A DNA stretch of 64,000 nucleotides from Octopus vulgaris (taxonomy: Eukaryota), in assembly GCA_951406725.2 (NCBI GenBank), contig OX597815.1:122574001-122638000 (forward strand), given 5' to 3'. The notes beneath the pieces are model-generated. The model searched no databases and had not been told where the DNA came from. It saw nothing but the letters and a program-made list of their open reading frames with translations. A program made the translations under genes and the position numbers. Of the stretch, positions 43,901 to 59,580 are shown piece after piece. The number at the start of each line of letters is the position of its first letter. Position 1 is the stretch's first letter.

Positions 43901-46796
43901 TGAAAAATATTTAAAGGTAAAATGTAAACAGGCTGGTTTCTGCATATTTAAGTAAATTAAATGCAAATGTTTACTTGATCAGTTTATTCGAAGACTGACT
44001 GAACAAAGATACTAAGTGAAGAGTACGGTAATTTATCTGGGATTATTTCATCTAATTTTTTAAAATGCATTATTAATTTAATATCAATTTATTTCACTGT
44101 GATAAGGCTGCTAACTTATGGGATAGGGGAGGATTCGGTTAAATCAAACCAAGTAAGTCTAGTACTTAACAATCTCAGATGTACTGAAGGTAGTCAACCC
44201 TTACAAGATTTGAAATCAAATCATAGATTATGAACTTAAATACAGACAAATTTTTTAATCTATTGCTCAACCATTTCTGCTAATTGACCCATCTTGTTAT
44301 TTACTTAATACTAAAGTCACTAGGATTCATTTATAGTGAAAATGTTGTTGGTCGCAGTAACTGTTATGATATAAACATCTTCCAGAAATTAGTTTGGTCT
44401 CAATTTCTGGATTTAAATTTGGTTGGGGTAAACTTAACTTGTTGTTTTTCTCGAGTTGATATAACAGGATACTAATCAAACACAGGTGACTAAAAACTAT
44501 ATAATTCTTCTTTAAATTTCTGGCCTTGTACCACTGAGAAAAATTATAATAGTATATTGTCAACAAATTTCTAAACATCGCAAATTAATAGACCTTACAC
44601 TACATGTGATTAAAACTATACAACTTCCCTTCAAATTTGTGGCCTTGTACCAAAATGAAAATTCATAAAATGATATTAACTATCAATTTCTAAAATTCTT
44701 TTAAATTAATTCATTTTATGAAATATTTCTATTTTTGTTTGTTGAATTTTAGGTTTAAAAATTTATCAAATTAATAGATGCACTAGAAACAGTATAAATT
44801 AAAATAATGACATGTATAATGTTCATAACATATATATACAACTGTGGAAAGGTGCTAGTTGTAATATTTTGCCTCAGAGAAACTTCTCCTTCAGAGATGA
44901 TTCTCTGAGACAAAACATTAATGCTGTTGCTTTACCAGGTGTGTACATACATTAAGAATATTTATACACAACATAATGAAAAAAATCTACTGAAATTATC
45001 AACTAAATTTAACTCAGTTCTTATTTCATGAAAATAGTCTTATTCTTTTAGCATTATTGATATCATCCTAATATGATCAAATTAACATTAAATGAAGGTA
45101 AGAATTTAAAATGTATCCTATGAAACTATAATAACTATATTACTCACTTTCAACAATAACAGTTGTGGAAGTAACAGATTCTCCATAAATGTTTCTGGCA
45201 TGGCAAGTATATTCTCCTGCATCTTCTGGATAGACTTCAGTAATAATCAACTTACATCTACCAGTTTCGATTTCAAATGTTATCTGGAAATCATTATTTG
45301 GTACAATCTCAATTGAGTCTTTATACCAAGTGATTTTGGGTTCAGGATAAGCATTCATTCTGCAAGTCAATACAACCTGAGAACCATCTTGAACAGTTTG
45401 TGGTTGCAAAGGTTCCACAAATTCAGGAGGAATAGCAGCTGGTTTGGCTTTCTGATCTTTCTTCTGAATAGGAACAATGACTTCTTCTTTCTTTGGTTCA
45501 TGAACTGTCAGTCGAGCAGATGTAGCTGCTTGTCCATATTGATTGATAGCCATGCAAACATAATCTCCTCGATCTTCTGGAAGAGCTTCCACAATATGGA
45601 GACAAATATCTCCTGTCTCTGGGTTGTATGAAATGACGTATTCATCATTGTTATCAATATTAGTTCCATTGTGGAACCAAGAAACATGAGGAATAGGCTT
45701 TCCAACAACTTTGCATATCATTTTTATTTCTTGGCCATCGACCACATCCATTGTTTCTAAGTCTTTGACAAAGTTTGGTGGCATAAAGTCCTCTACAGGA
45801 GGTTCCTCTTCAGTTTCAGGAGGTGGTGACATTTCTGCAGCAGGTTCTGTAAAATAAGCAACATAACATTAGTTATAGCTAAACATTTTTCTTTTATTTT
45901 TATATAATTGGTAATGATTGCATTAAATAAGGCATTTTGAATATTTATTCAAGTATAAAAGTATATCACTTTCCAATGTTTTATTTAGAATGGTAAAGTC
46001 AGATTTTTAATAGTAACTGTCAATGGTTTAGCATGAGATGTGTGGGGTATGTGGACTACACAGAGTAGCCACTTTGGATGGAGGAGGCCAAACATACATT
46101 GAAGGTATGTTACATTTAAAGAAGAGCATAACCACTGTGGCTACCACAGATCATGCTATGCTACAGTTGAATATTAAAAAAGTGTTGACAAGTACAAGCA
46201 TGACTGCCAGAAATTTGATTTGCAACCAAATGGTTTCAAGTTTAGTCCCACTTTAGGGAATTAGGTATTGGTGTTTTTAACAACAATCCCAGTCAACAAA
46301 TCATCCAGAAGCTCTGTGCTTTCAAAGATGATTGGCATGAAAATTCCCTTACTTGAAACCAGTTAAGGGTTAATGACACAATGGTCATCGATCTATGGAA
46401 ACAGTTATATGTATTCCACTAAAACCCATGCTACCATTCAAAAAGGAATGTAAAATGTACAAATAAAACCATTGATGATATGAAAAGAGAAATATTACCT
46501 TGAACATATAAGGTAGTACTGCACACAGCTTCACCTAATTCTGAAACTGCTCTGCATGTATATTCACCAGTATCTTCTGGTCCAACATCAATAATGATCA
46601 GCAAACTTTTACCAGATTCGTAAAAGATTTCATAATGTGGAGAAGGCTTGATTTCCATTCCATTGATATACCAAGTAATCAAAGGAGGAGGATGAGCATC
46701 TACTGAACATTCAAGTCTGTAAGATAAAATAATGAAAACATATACATTTATATAAATATAAACATATATCTATGTCTATCCATCTATCTATACATA

Positions 46797-46850
<54 letters not shown>

Positions 46851-48155
46851 CACACCAATACCTACACACACAAACACATAATTGGAAAGAACTGAGGCCA
46901 ATTCATGAAAAGCTTAGTATAAGTATTAACATGGAATATAAATCTATCTATGATAATAAAATATTATATTATGATTTTACAAAATAAGAGAAACTAGATT
47001 TGAATATTTTTCCTGTTGAGTCTAAACATCAATGGCTTACAGTTTATAATTATTATAAATAAACATAACATGAAATCAGAGCCTTCTAATAGTTAACATC
47101 TAACTTAGACAGTAGCTTCACATTTTAATTTAAAAGCAAACGTAAAGAGGGTTATTAGAAAATAAGAAAACAAATAAAAATTATGTTCAGATAGACATGA
47201 GTCTATGATGCTTTCAGTTAAAATAAGCAAACCATTTAAGAGGAAATAATTTGTTTTATTTATTTATCTCATTTTTTTTAAAGTTGACAATTTCTAATAG
47301 AAATTAAATGGTGCTATACATAATTACCTAAGACTAGAAATTTTATTACCTTCATAATGAGTAAGTTAAAAAAAATTAACTATACATATATTGTATGGGT
47401 CTTCTAATCCCTCCAAATACTATGTAGAAATGATTATCTCCCTTACTCTAACTGGCCTTCAGGAAATGCAATGTGTTTAAGATAAAGATGAAATATCTGC
47501 TTATATGGTCAAACTGTAGACTTTTATAAGGAATTAAGTTGCAGACTAGACCAGTCAATTAGATCAACCTCAGTATGCAACTGGTACTTAATTTATCAAC
47601 CCCGAAAGGATGAAAAGCAAAGTCAACCTCAGCAGAATTTGAACTCAGAATGTAAAGGCAGATGAAATACTGCTAATCATTTCACCTGGCCTACTAATGT
47701 TTCTGCCAGTTCCCTGCCTTTAGACCAGTATAATATTATTATTTAAAACAACAGTAAAGGTTTTAGTGAAACTTTACCTTGCAATTCCTCTTTCTCGGAC
47801 GAACACCTCAGGTTGAATAGGCTCAACAAAAATAGGCCTTATTTCCCTGATTTCAGTTGTAATAGTCTTTTCTTCTTTCTCAATCATTTTAATAGTAACG
47901 GAATCAGGTTTATCTGGTATTTGCACAACCTTTTGTTTTTCTGAAAAAAATAAGAACAGTTGCAATTTGTTAGATTCTTTGTTGCAAAGTTTTAATTGAG
48001 TGCAACTAAAATAATATACCAACAGCTATTTCAAAGAAGATGTAGGAAGAAGTGGTAGGCCTCAAGAAAAAGACTAAGTTCTGTGGCAAAACATTAAACA
48101 GAAGAAAACTCATTTAATCTATACAAACATGGAGAAACAGATGTAATATGTTATG

Positions 48156-48196
<41 letters not shown>

Positions 48197-48802
48197 TTAT
48201 GGGTGAGATAGCAGTGCATGCCATCAAAGTGACACTGGGGTAAAATATATGAAGCCCAGTATACCCATCATGACTACCCATCTGATAAGGGTACACCAAG
48301 CACATGCATCACAACCAAATGTGTGCGACATGGTGACCTCATATCAAGATAAACAGCACATGACATTGCAGGTGGGGCCTAGTTAGAATTTTCTTCAAGT
48401 TGAGTAGCCCATCCAGCTCAAGATGTCCTTGAATAAGGGTTGTTTAAGGATGTTGAACAAAATTCCCATGCCTCCAAAGGTGAATTATCCAAACCCCAAA
48501 GAATTCCTCTCAACACATGGCTATGATGCTCCTCCACTACTTCTGCTTGTGATCAAAGATGCACATATCTTCAGCCACTAAGGAACATGCTCAACTGGTT
48601 ACGGTCAAACAACTGACAAGCAAATCTGTAGTATTGAGCAGAATATTTGCTGTAGTCCATCTTTTATACCAAGACAAAACAATGTACATGATATCACTTC
48701 CAATCAGTTAAGATCAGGAGCCATGAGAGCCACTGTCTGGTATTGCATCAGGGCAATGAATTTTATTATTATTATTTTTTTTTTTTTAATTATTTTTATT
48801 AC

Positions 48803-48849
<47 letters not shown>

Positions 48850-51800
48850 GTTGTTTTTATCTCTCAGTCTTAGGTGTTATGCCAGTTCATTCTGCTGGAT
48901 AGCAATCATATCCTGCACCTTTCTGAAGATTCTTGTTCCTAACAAACAGACTATTCTGAATTCTTACATGTTAGGAATTTTAAATCATGTTCCCCTGCAA
49001 CTTATAGCATTGTAGTATTTATAGAATAGAATTAGAAATTTATAAATATAAAACTGCCGGTGGCACGTAAAAGCACCATCCGTTCGTGTCCGTTGCCAGA
49101 CTCGCCTGGCCCCCGTGCCGGTGGCACGTAAAAGCACCATCTATTCGTGGCCGTTTGCCAGCTCCGTCTGGTACCTGTGTGGGTGGCACATAAAAAGCAC
49201 CCACTACACTCAGAGTGGTTGGCGTTAGGAAGGGCATCCAGCCGTAGAAACACTGCCAGATTTGACTGGGCCTGATGCAGCCTTCCGGCTTCACAGACTC
49301 CAGTTGAACCATCCAACCCATGCTAGCATGGAAAACGGACGCTAAATGATGATGATGATGATGATGATGAAAACAAAAAAAAAATTGAACAGTATTTATA
49401 GGGTTGAAAATACTTATTGTTAGTTGTATACTTTTTTTTGTTTTATTCTGTAACATATATTATAAGTTTGAAAATATTCCATATTTTATTTTTATTATTA
49501 TTATTATTTATTATTATTATCATGTTTTTCACTTTGTATTTGTACAAGTTGACTCCAAGTCTCACCCAGAGACCTCAAGAGACAACAAGTTAGAAGTTCA
49601 AGCAGGTGCTATGACTAGGGTGCCATATTTTTGGTTTTGCATAAAACATTGTTCAAGAGAATGTCTGTGAAAACATAAGAAAATTAGAAGTTTGCTTTAA
49701 AAGTAATCATTATTATCATTATTATTATTATTATTATCAAGTTAGTACATGCTAATTTAATTAGCAGGAATAATGACTGTTCTCCTCTAATCTCAAGAAT
49801 CTTTCTTAAGATTCTTGCAGAATATAGGCTGGTTGATAATGTGAGCTGCAATTTCAATTTCATTCAGTTTTTTAGGTACCATTTTGGATGTTATATCAAG
49901 TGCACAAATTCCCACAGGAATAACTGTTGTCTTAGTTTTCCATAGTCTCTTAAGCTCTCTGGCTTACAAAATGTTAGACCAACTATTAGTTATCAATTGT
50001 TTTTACTCTTCTAGCACTTCCTGTATAAAAACTGTCACTCCAGGTTTCCCTCTTCTATGGACAGAAATTTCAAGACTGTTGTAGACATCATGATATGAAG
50101 GCAAGTGATTCTTGCTACCAATACAATCTAATATCTTTTACTGCAGATACTTGCCACTAATTTTAATGACATTATTACTGAAGTAAAACAAATACTAACC
50201 ATCAAAAGTAATGGTTGTCCTGCATGTAATTTCACCAAGCTCGTTTCCAACTCTCAGGACATACTCTCCAATATCCTCTTCATCAACATGAATGATGATC
50301 AAGACAACAGTATCTCCTTCTTGGAACATCTGGTAATGATCTGATGGTAGAATTTCAACACCATTGACATACCATTTCACCAGTGGTGGTGGATAAGCCT
50401 CAACCTGAGCTTCAAGTCTGAAATTATTTAAAAAATTATAGTTTAAGCTTTTTTATGCATTTCACACCACATCACATACTATGGAGCAACAAAATAAGCA
50501 TAAATAACAGTAACTGATACTCAAAATAAAACAATAATAAAATTCCAAGTGAATAATAATAGTAACGGTATCTTGTAAATAATTTAGATTATATATTAAC
50601 AAATATAACTAAATACTATTTCATCCCAATATATAATTACATTTGTTAATATATAATCTATATTATATATTAGCAAATCAATTACTACACACCAAAATGA
50701 TCATAAGTTATGAATAAGTTGATGAAAAAGTGATGCCAGTATAAACTTATATAGAACTGTACCTTGCAATTTGTCCTCGTTTCACTTTGTAGGTTTGAGA
50801 AAGAGATCTCTTAAATACAGGTATCTTTGGTTGAACTAATTTCATTCCTGCACGAGAAACTTTGTCTTCTGGTAGCTCTTGTTCCTCTGTAAATAAATTC
50901 ATGACAACAAATTTCAGTTAAAAGAACAAGAGAATTTGTTTATTTATGACAACTTGCTCCTTTGCTTTATGTAAGCAGTTAAGAAAAGTTGTGTAATTAC
51001 AGTTATATTAGATGTTTTTTTTCAAATACTTCACTGTCTTATTTTGCTAGCTAAGATTTAGGAAGAACAAAGTGATTAGCATACTGCTGAGATTCATCAT
51101 GTCTATTGCAGATGAATGTGAAAGTAAACTCAAAGATGTGAGTGAAGAACAATCCTTAGCTTGTAGTAAAGCAATATTGTTGTTGTTTGTTGGCATGGTT
51201 GCCCCTCAGTTTTGTAGAGTGACCATATGAGTGTAAAAGAGATAACCTAACCAAAGCATGCTAAGATGTGGTACAAGAGAACCAAGATGTTCTCCAGTAG
51301 CATTAATATTGCTTGGCATTGCTGGAGGAAATGATACTATTATGATCACCAGTCAACAGCTGATGAAGAAAATGTCCCCTCCTCATCAGTGCAATCTATA
51401 CGTCTCAAGATAGAATGGTGTTTCACTTGGAAAACTCTTCTCAATGATGCAAGGTTTTCTTTATGGAAAGACAAGCAATTGCTATGCATGCAAATCTCTA
51501 CCTCTCCACATAACTGATTTTAATCAAGCCAAAGGCCAATGCAGTTTGTTACTATTGTTATCGCAGATAATGATATCAGAATCCAAAGAGCCAGAACAAA
51601 CACCACACAATATCTCATCCAATGATCTAACCATTCTACTAGTCCACTAACCTGGATAGGCTCTATTTATCAAACCCTAAAAGGGATGAAAGTCAAAGTC
51701 AATATCGCCAAGATCTAAATTCAGAATGCAGAGAGCAGAAATAAATACTGCAAGTCTCTAAGAATTCAACCAATGCACAACCTCAAGCTATATCACCATC

Positions 51801-54800
51801 ATCATCATCATCACCATACGTCCGCTTTCCATGCTGGCATGGGTTGGACGGTTTGAATGAGGACTGGCAAGCCAGAAGGCTGTACCAGGTAGAATAAAAT
51901 ATATTACTTTAAGAAATTTTGCATCAAAATTAAGTTTTAAAGCTTGTGATAAACATACTAATTAAGTTTTAATTATTGATACCAAAATATTAAAAGTGTA
52001 AACCAACAGTTTAAATTTAGAAAGTAAACATGCATTCTCGCATAAGAAAAATTTGACTCAATTTATATTAATCATGTTTTATACAATCACACATCATGAT
52101 CTGACTGTAATATATATCAAGAGCTCACTCTCATGCTAAATATTTCAACATGCAAAATATTTTCTATTGAAAATGATTGCAAAGCAGTTTTAAAATAAAT
52201 AAAGTATAAATTCTTTTAGCATACTGAAATAAATCAATATTTAAATTTTTAAAATTATATAAATATAATACTTACATTATTAGATGATACATGCATATGG
52301 AATTCTTAGTATATAGCAGTGATAATCAAACAGTTTAGTGGTGTATTCAAAGAGAAGAGCTAAATCAAGACTTATGAAATATTACATGCAACTTTTCTAA
52401 AATTAATAAGTAATGGTAATTTTTTATTTATTTCAATATATAAACATTGAATAAAAATCATGCATTAAAAAGTAAATATAAAATTTTTCCTTGGATTTAT
52501 TCAGATTACAACCAAACCAATTCATAAAAAATAAAATGGCCAAGCAGTTTATAAATCTCGCAAAATTTGTTACACACGCAATTATTATATCAATATATAT
52601 TGTATAAAATTAATAATATAAAAATGTTAAAAAAATTTGAAAAAATATTAATATTTTTTAATTTGTTTTACACCATTAAAAAAATTCAGTGACAGCTTTT
52701 TGCATTTCTCAAGACCATACAAGTATATAAAGTGTGAAAACATCAAGGATCAATGTAATAATATAAATATAATACTAAACACCATTACTAAATCAGAATT
52801 GAAAAAAAACAATGCTATATATATATATATATATATATATAACAATTGCAGCATGGAAGGTGTTTATAAGCCATTTAAGAAACACACAAAAACCGTTAGA
52901 TTCACTTCAACATTTAAATTTAATTTGTCAAAATATTTTTGTCGCTTTGAGACTGCGACCTGTTCACTGACAAAACTTTGTGCTGCAACACGAAGTTTTG
53001 TCAGTGAACAGGTTGCGGTCTCAAAGTGACGAAAATATTTTGACAAATTAAATTTAAATGTTGAAGTGAATCTAACGGTTTTTGTGTGTTTCTTAAATGG
53101 CTTATAAACACCTTCCACACTGCAATTGTTTTCATTCCAGCACACGATCTCAGATCAAGTCACTCGCTATGCAAGTACATCTCCGTAATATATATATATA
53201 TATATATTATGGTTTATATAATTTATGGTATAATATTTATAGTGCAAAAATACATAAAAGCATATATTTTTAAAAATTCAAAAATAATGCAAATTTCCCA
53301 TGCAGTTAAAATTTTAATCCAAAAATATAACATTATACAATGAATACTTCATGCTCTGTTTCTTATAAAGTTATTGCAAAATGAATGGAAGATATTGTAC
53401 ATACCTTGAACGTAGAATTCAGCAGAACATTCAGCAACACCAGCACTGTTCCGTGCACGACAAGTGATAAGACCACTATCTTCAGGAAATGCTTCCCTGA
53501 TAGTAAGTAATGTTGTCTGACCAACTCTCTCAATCTAAAAAGGAAAAAGATTATAATAATATAAAAACATGTTCACTGAGAAATGAGATGTGACTCTTCA
53601 AATGATGAAGAAATGAAATAGGCCATACTGTATTTATTTTGAGATGCTCTGTGTTTCTTTCAATTATTTTAACTATAACAAAAAATTTAGTAAATTAGCT
53701 TTATCATTAAGCTAGTGTTAGGAACATAAATTTTAACTAAGATTTGGTGGAAGATTTGAATTCAAAACTTATGAAAGCAAGACATTTATACTAAAGAGCC
53801 AGAGCCAGGCTGGTAACAAAAAGGTTAAACTATATATATTCATTTACAATGCAACAAACTCTTTTAATAGTTCAAATATTTATTCTTCTGTTCCTGATAT
53901 GTGGTATATTAGTTTATACACATGCTTTGTGGCAATAGCAAAAAAGATTTTTTTTTAATTTTCAGATGAGATTCTCCCATCCTTTAATGTAACTTTTATT
54001 ACCTTAAAGTCTCTGGTGTTCTTAATCTTTTTACCATTGCGAAGCCAAGTAATTTCTGGATCAGGTTCTCCTGTAAATACTGCTTCAAAGTATGTTGGAT
54101 AACCTTCTTCGATAACAATGTTAGAAATTGGTTTAATAAAACTGGGTGGTGAAACTGGAACTTCAGGAGTCTCTGGTTCTGTTTCACTTTCAAGACCTAA
54201 ATAAAAAACAAGCATTAAATTAATTCATTTTATATTTACTTATATTTAAATAGGAAAATTCTCTTCTTTTAGAAATATATTTTTTAAGAATAACATAGGT
54301 AAACTTAAGAATAAGATGACTCACATTAAAATATTATAATTGCATTAAATACTAAATAAAATTTATTAGCAGCTGCCCCATAACAACTGTTTGCCTTTTT
54401 CTTATTTTATCAAATTAAATAATTTTTGTCGATTATGAATAATATGCTAAGGGATATTAAGAAAATCTGTATCAAGCACACATGCATGAAAACTTATGTA
54501 AATATTAATTATGTAAATAATTTGACTCAAAATAATTTACATAATTCATATTTATACACACACACATTTTAACACTATCATGCTGAAACAAAAATATGCA
54601 TTAATATAAGTTGAAAATAACTCACCAATAACATTGAGATAACAAACAGAGGAAATTTCTCCAGCAACATTTCGTGCCACACATCTGTATTGACCTCTGT
54701 CTTCGGGAAATGCTTCCAACAGAGTTAGAGTATGGACACCATCAGGAGTAGAAACCATGTTGAAATATTTTGAAGGTTTCACAAGGTGATTATTACAGTA

Positions 54801-57800
54801 CCATGTTACGACCGGAGCTAAAATGTTAAATATGCAAACAATGTATGTTAAAAAAATGAAATATTTTATTATTGGTATTGGAGATTTTAATAAGTGTCAT
54901 ACTTAAAAAAGAATATCTAGGATGTTTCAATGACTAATTGGATAGATTATAGATAATGAACTTTAATCCTTTTATTGGCATTGTATTCTTTGTATTAGCT
55001 GTTATATGTTTTCTATGCTAATAGAAAACATATAACAGCTAATACAAACAATACAATGCCAATGCATTTATGTAATAAACTACTAAACATGGTACTTCAA
55101 TTATGGTCAATAACTTTGGGCATGTTTTAATCTTTTTCTGAACTCATCAGCAAAATATTGCCTTTACTATACTTGATAAAACGAAGTTAAAAGAATTGTT
55201 AAGCAAATGCCTCAGATTTGTCATTTATTGGCAGAAGAAAATAACATTGCTTAAAATTTTTAAATAATTCAGAAATAACTTAGAATAAAATAATTTACAT
55301 ATAAAAGAGTTTAGAAAATTAAATATTAGAGTAAATAACTGATTTTAAACATTTTTTATGTTGTATAATATAAATAAATGTTTGGAAATATGTTAGATAT
55401 AATTTTTTAAAACACTTACGTGGATTAGCGGTGATTTTGCATGAGAAACTAACACTTTCACTCTCTGGAACAGTTTTATTTTCTGGCTTTTTGATAATAG
55501 CTGGTGGAGTAGCTTTTACTTGTTTTACTTGTTTGGCCAACTTCAGATGTGCATGTGATTCTTTGGTAACATCTGGTTCTACAAAAAAAAAGAGAAATAA
55601 ATTAACGATCTCACCTTCATTTCATTTCATTTTTCATTTTTACATTCTATTTTTTATAAACAGACTAACAAAACTAATGTTCCATATATATACATAGAAA
55701 AATCTAACAAAAAATCACCCTGGATCCCATTGTGAAGATGGGCCAACATTACACGCTTTGATGCACAAAAAACCTTTCCATCTGAATATGCACAACTTGA
55801 TTTGGGGTGCATCTGATATGCCTGTGCAGCTTTTATGTCACCAAAACTCTCAGCAAATATTATCTTTAAATTTTGATCAAATTGTAAATCTGCAGCTTAA
55901 CTTTTCTTTTAAATTTCCTATTCATAACAAAATGTATTTTATTACAAATACTGACTAAATACTAATTTTTCTTCCTATTTTGCATGTCTTTTGTTTTATT
56001 TTTGATCACATTAAAAGCATTCTTTTCTCATTTGTATTTAACTTACATTTTTTCTATAATAACTCATATTCATAAGGATCATCTGGAGAAATATTTATCT
56101 TCAATTCCCAAAATGAATTGCTATGAATATAGATGAACACAACTGACATTAACCTTATGTTGAATGTTTAAAAGTTTTTAATCATGTTATCTCGATGATG
56201 AGCAAACAATACTGCATAGAATAAACCTGTTATTGTTAATATCCTTGTAACAAAAAATGTTTACATACCATCAACAATCAGTTTAGCAGTACATGTTGAC
56301 TTTCCATTTGTGTTAATGCTAACACAAGCATAAGTTCCAGCATCTTCAGGCTGAACTTCAAAAATAAGGAGAGTGTAGTGGTTTTCTTCATGAATGAATT
56401 TCCACCGTGGACTTTCAGGCATATTTTTGCCATCCTAGAGAAAAGAATGCAAAAAGTTACAATTGACACCAACTCCAGCAATATTACATATATTACATAA
56501 AAAAATTATTTAAATGAAAGTAAGCATACCTTTTGCCAGTGAACTTTGGGTTTAGGTTTCCCAATAACTTCACAGTCAAAGGTTGCAGGTTCTCCAACAA
56601 CAACTTTGGTATCACGAAGTAAGTTACGAAATTCAGGAGAAGTTTCTTTTGCAGCTTCTTCTTCTTCTGTTGAACCAAAATAATATTTGATTTGAAATTA
56701 ACATAATCTATATTTATTTCAGTATTTGTCATATTCTACTTTAAATTGTCAAAACATTTTCAGAATTAACTACGATAAATATTGAAAATTTACAATATAC
56801 TTCTAGCAATTACATACGTATTTCCTTTTTGTTATTAACAATGATATTTTTAACAGGACTCAGTTTGTTAAACTGTTATTTCATAATCTGTCTAATTTTT
56901 TTGTTTCTAGAATGTAAATTTACCAAATTATTGCCCACCTTACCCATTTTCTGGCAAGCCCATTCTATGTTCATTTCCAGCACTCCCTATCAATGTCTGC
57001 AATTTTAATCCCATCACATTTAATGTGTATAACAAATCATGTTTTATTTCACTTCATTTTAGATTCAAATTGCTTATCCACCTACTTAATATATGAATCA
57101 TAATTTTTTGTTTATATAGAAAAAAATAGTTCTTTAACTTCAGTTGGACCAGAATACCCTAAAATGCTACCATCGTAGGGTTACTGGTTTGTGAAAGTCA
57201 CTTCTACAAACACTGGCAATTTGATATACATTATTAGAAAATAAATACATACATATGTTGTTTCCTTATACATTATTAGTTATTTTATTGCAAGTAGTAG
57301 AAATACTATACTCACCCATAACAGTCATCTTTGCTTTGCATTGTGTCATGCCATATTTATTATAGGCTTTAACTGTGTACATTCCTGAGTCTTCTGGGAA
57401 TACTTCAGAAATATGTAAAGTACTGCAAGTCTCAGTAACTCGAATCTGGGCAAATTAAAAATTGGATAAAATGATAAATTATCCAGTAATTCATAATATG
57501 AATAAAAGAAAAAATATTTTAAAAAATTTAATAATAATCAATTTCATACAATTAATTAAAAAACTCAATAACATAAAAAGTAAGAGATTTCTCTAATGAT
57601 AATAAAATTAATCATTGTACTCACCTGGAAATCCCATGAATTGTGAATTTCAATGCTATCTCTGTACCAGGTAATAATAGGAGGTGGATTACTGGTGAAG
57701 TGCACTTTGAGTCTGTAATATGAGAAAATATGAATTGAAATTTAAATTCAAGATTCATAAGGATTTTTACAGTTTCTATAAAAACACATTTTTTAAATAA

Positions 57801-59514
57801 AAAAAATTATGATTTAATCAATGTTATTGATCACTAAAATTATCACTTAATAACTCCTGGATCTCTGTCAGTTATGACAATGAGTGTTGCAGATGATCTG
57901 ATCAGCGTATCAACCTGCTTGTGAAAGGAACATACAAGTGGCTGAATACTTCATAGATATGCATACCTTAACATCGAATGCAAGGCTGGACCTCTGAACT
58001 ACAGGTACAACTCATTTTTGCCAGTTAAGTGGACTGCAGCAATGAGAAAGAAAGTGTCTTGGGCAAGTGTCTTCTACCAATGCCTTGTGAGTGATTTGGT
58101 AAACAGAAACTCTTTGGAAGTCTGTTGTATATTTATGTGTTTGCCTTCACAACTGTTTGATGACTGGTATAGGTTTGTTTACATTCTCATAAGTTCAGTA
58201 AAACAGACCAATAGAATAAGTTTCAGCTTAAGAAAATAAGTGCAGAGGTTGATTTGTTCCACTAAAAATAATCTTTTCTACTTTGGGTACAAAGTAGAAA
58301 ATTTGGTGGGAGGGGCAAGTCATTTACATAAAACCCAGTACTTGACCCAGTACTGATTTCATCAACCCCAAAAGGATAAAAGGCTAAGTCAGCCTTGGTG
58401 AAATTTGAACTCAGGATGTATAGCCAGAAGAAATATTACTAAGCATTTTGTCTGATATGCTAACAATTCTGCCAGCTCAAAAATAGTAAAAACATAGATT
58501 TGCTCTTTTAATTTTCTACTTACGTTACAGAAGTACCCTCCAGAACTTTGACTGGGCAAAGTGGAATACCAAACACAGGAGGCTCTTGTTTGACTGGTTG
58601 TTTAAATGTTATTGTTTCAGTAGATGTCTTTTGTATCCTCTCATATTGTTCATCTATAAGTTTCTGTCTCAATGCATCTTCAGCAAGAAGCTTTTGTAAG
58701 TTAGCATCAGTTGTGTCTCTTCGGAAAGTGGTCTCTGTTTTATCAAATATTGAACAAATATTAAATTAATGAAATGATTTTTTGTATGGAAACAGAATGT
58801 TAATTAAAAGATTCTGTAAATTCAGTAAAAATGATAAATTGTCATTTTTGAGTTATAGATTGAGGAAAAATCATATGATGAAACTAAATAACTGTATTTA
58901 CTCATATATAAGTTGCACTCATGTATGAATGGTACGCTATATTTAATTATGCAATCATAATATACTATAAAGTATAATGAAATACTGTGTACCTACAAGT
59001 CATTAGCCTATATTTAGTGTTAAATCTTGGTACAAAATTTTTCTCTGCATAGTTTTAGCTTTGCACTGAGTATAAGTAAAACTCCAGTTTTTTCAGTTAA
59101 AATCAAGTATAAAATAATTCTGATATACTATATATACTTGTGTATAAATCGTACTAAGCTTTATCAGCGTTAAGTTACATCTTTATTAAATTATGTATAA
59201 TACAGTCCTATATTTAAGAGATGAGGAATTATGCACGTTATTTACATTATTTACATTTGATGGATATTTGTCCCCATCATTGTTGTTAACACATTTCAGC
59301 TGATATACCTTCCAACCTTCATCAGGTGTCTTGGGAAATTTCGAACCTGGGTTCTTATTCCTAAGGTATTTTTCGATGTTGTTGTTGTTATTATTATTAT
59401 TATTATTATTTAGGTCACTGCTTGGAATCATGCTCAGAATCGTGGGGTATATGGCATAGTGATTAAGAGCATGGCTACTAGCCCCAAGATTCTGAGTTCA
59501 ATTCCAAGCAGTGA

Positions 59515-59580
<66 letters not shown>

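Noticed and set aside
52276-52359. Possible 84-bp cassette exon in the UGCAUG cluster
   Set aside because: Weak acceptor and in-phase TAA TAA stops; no support without RNA data.
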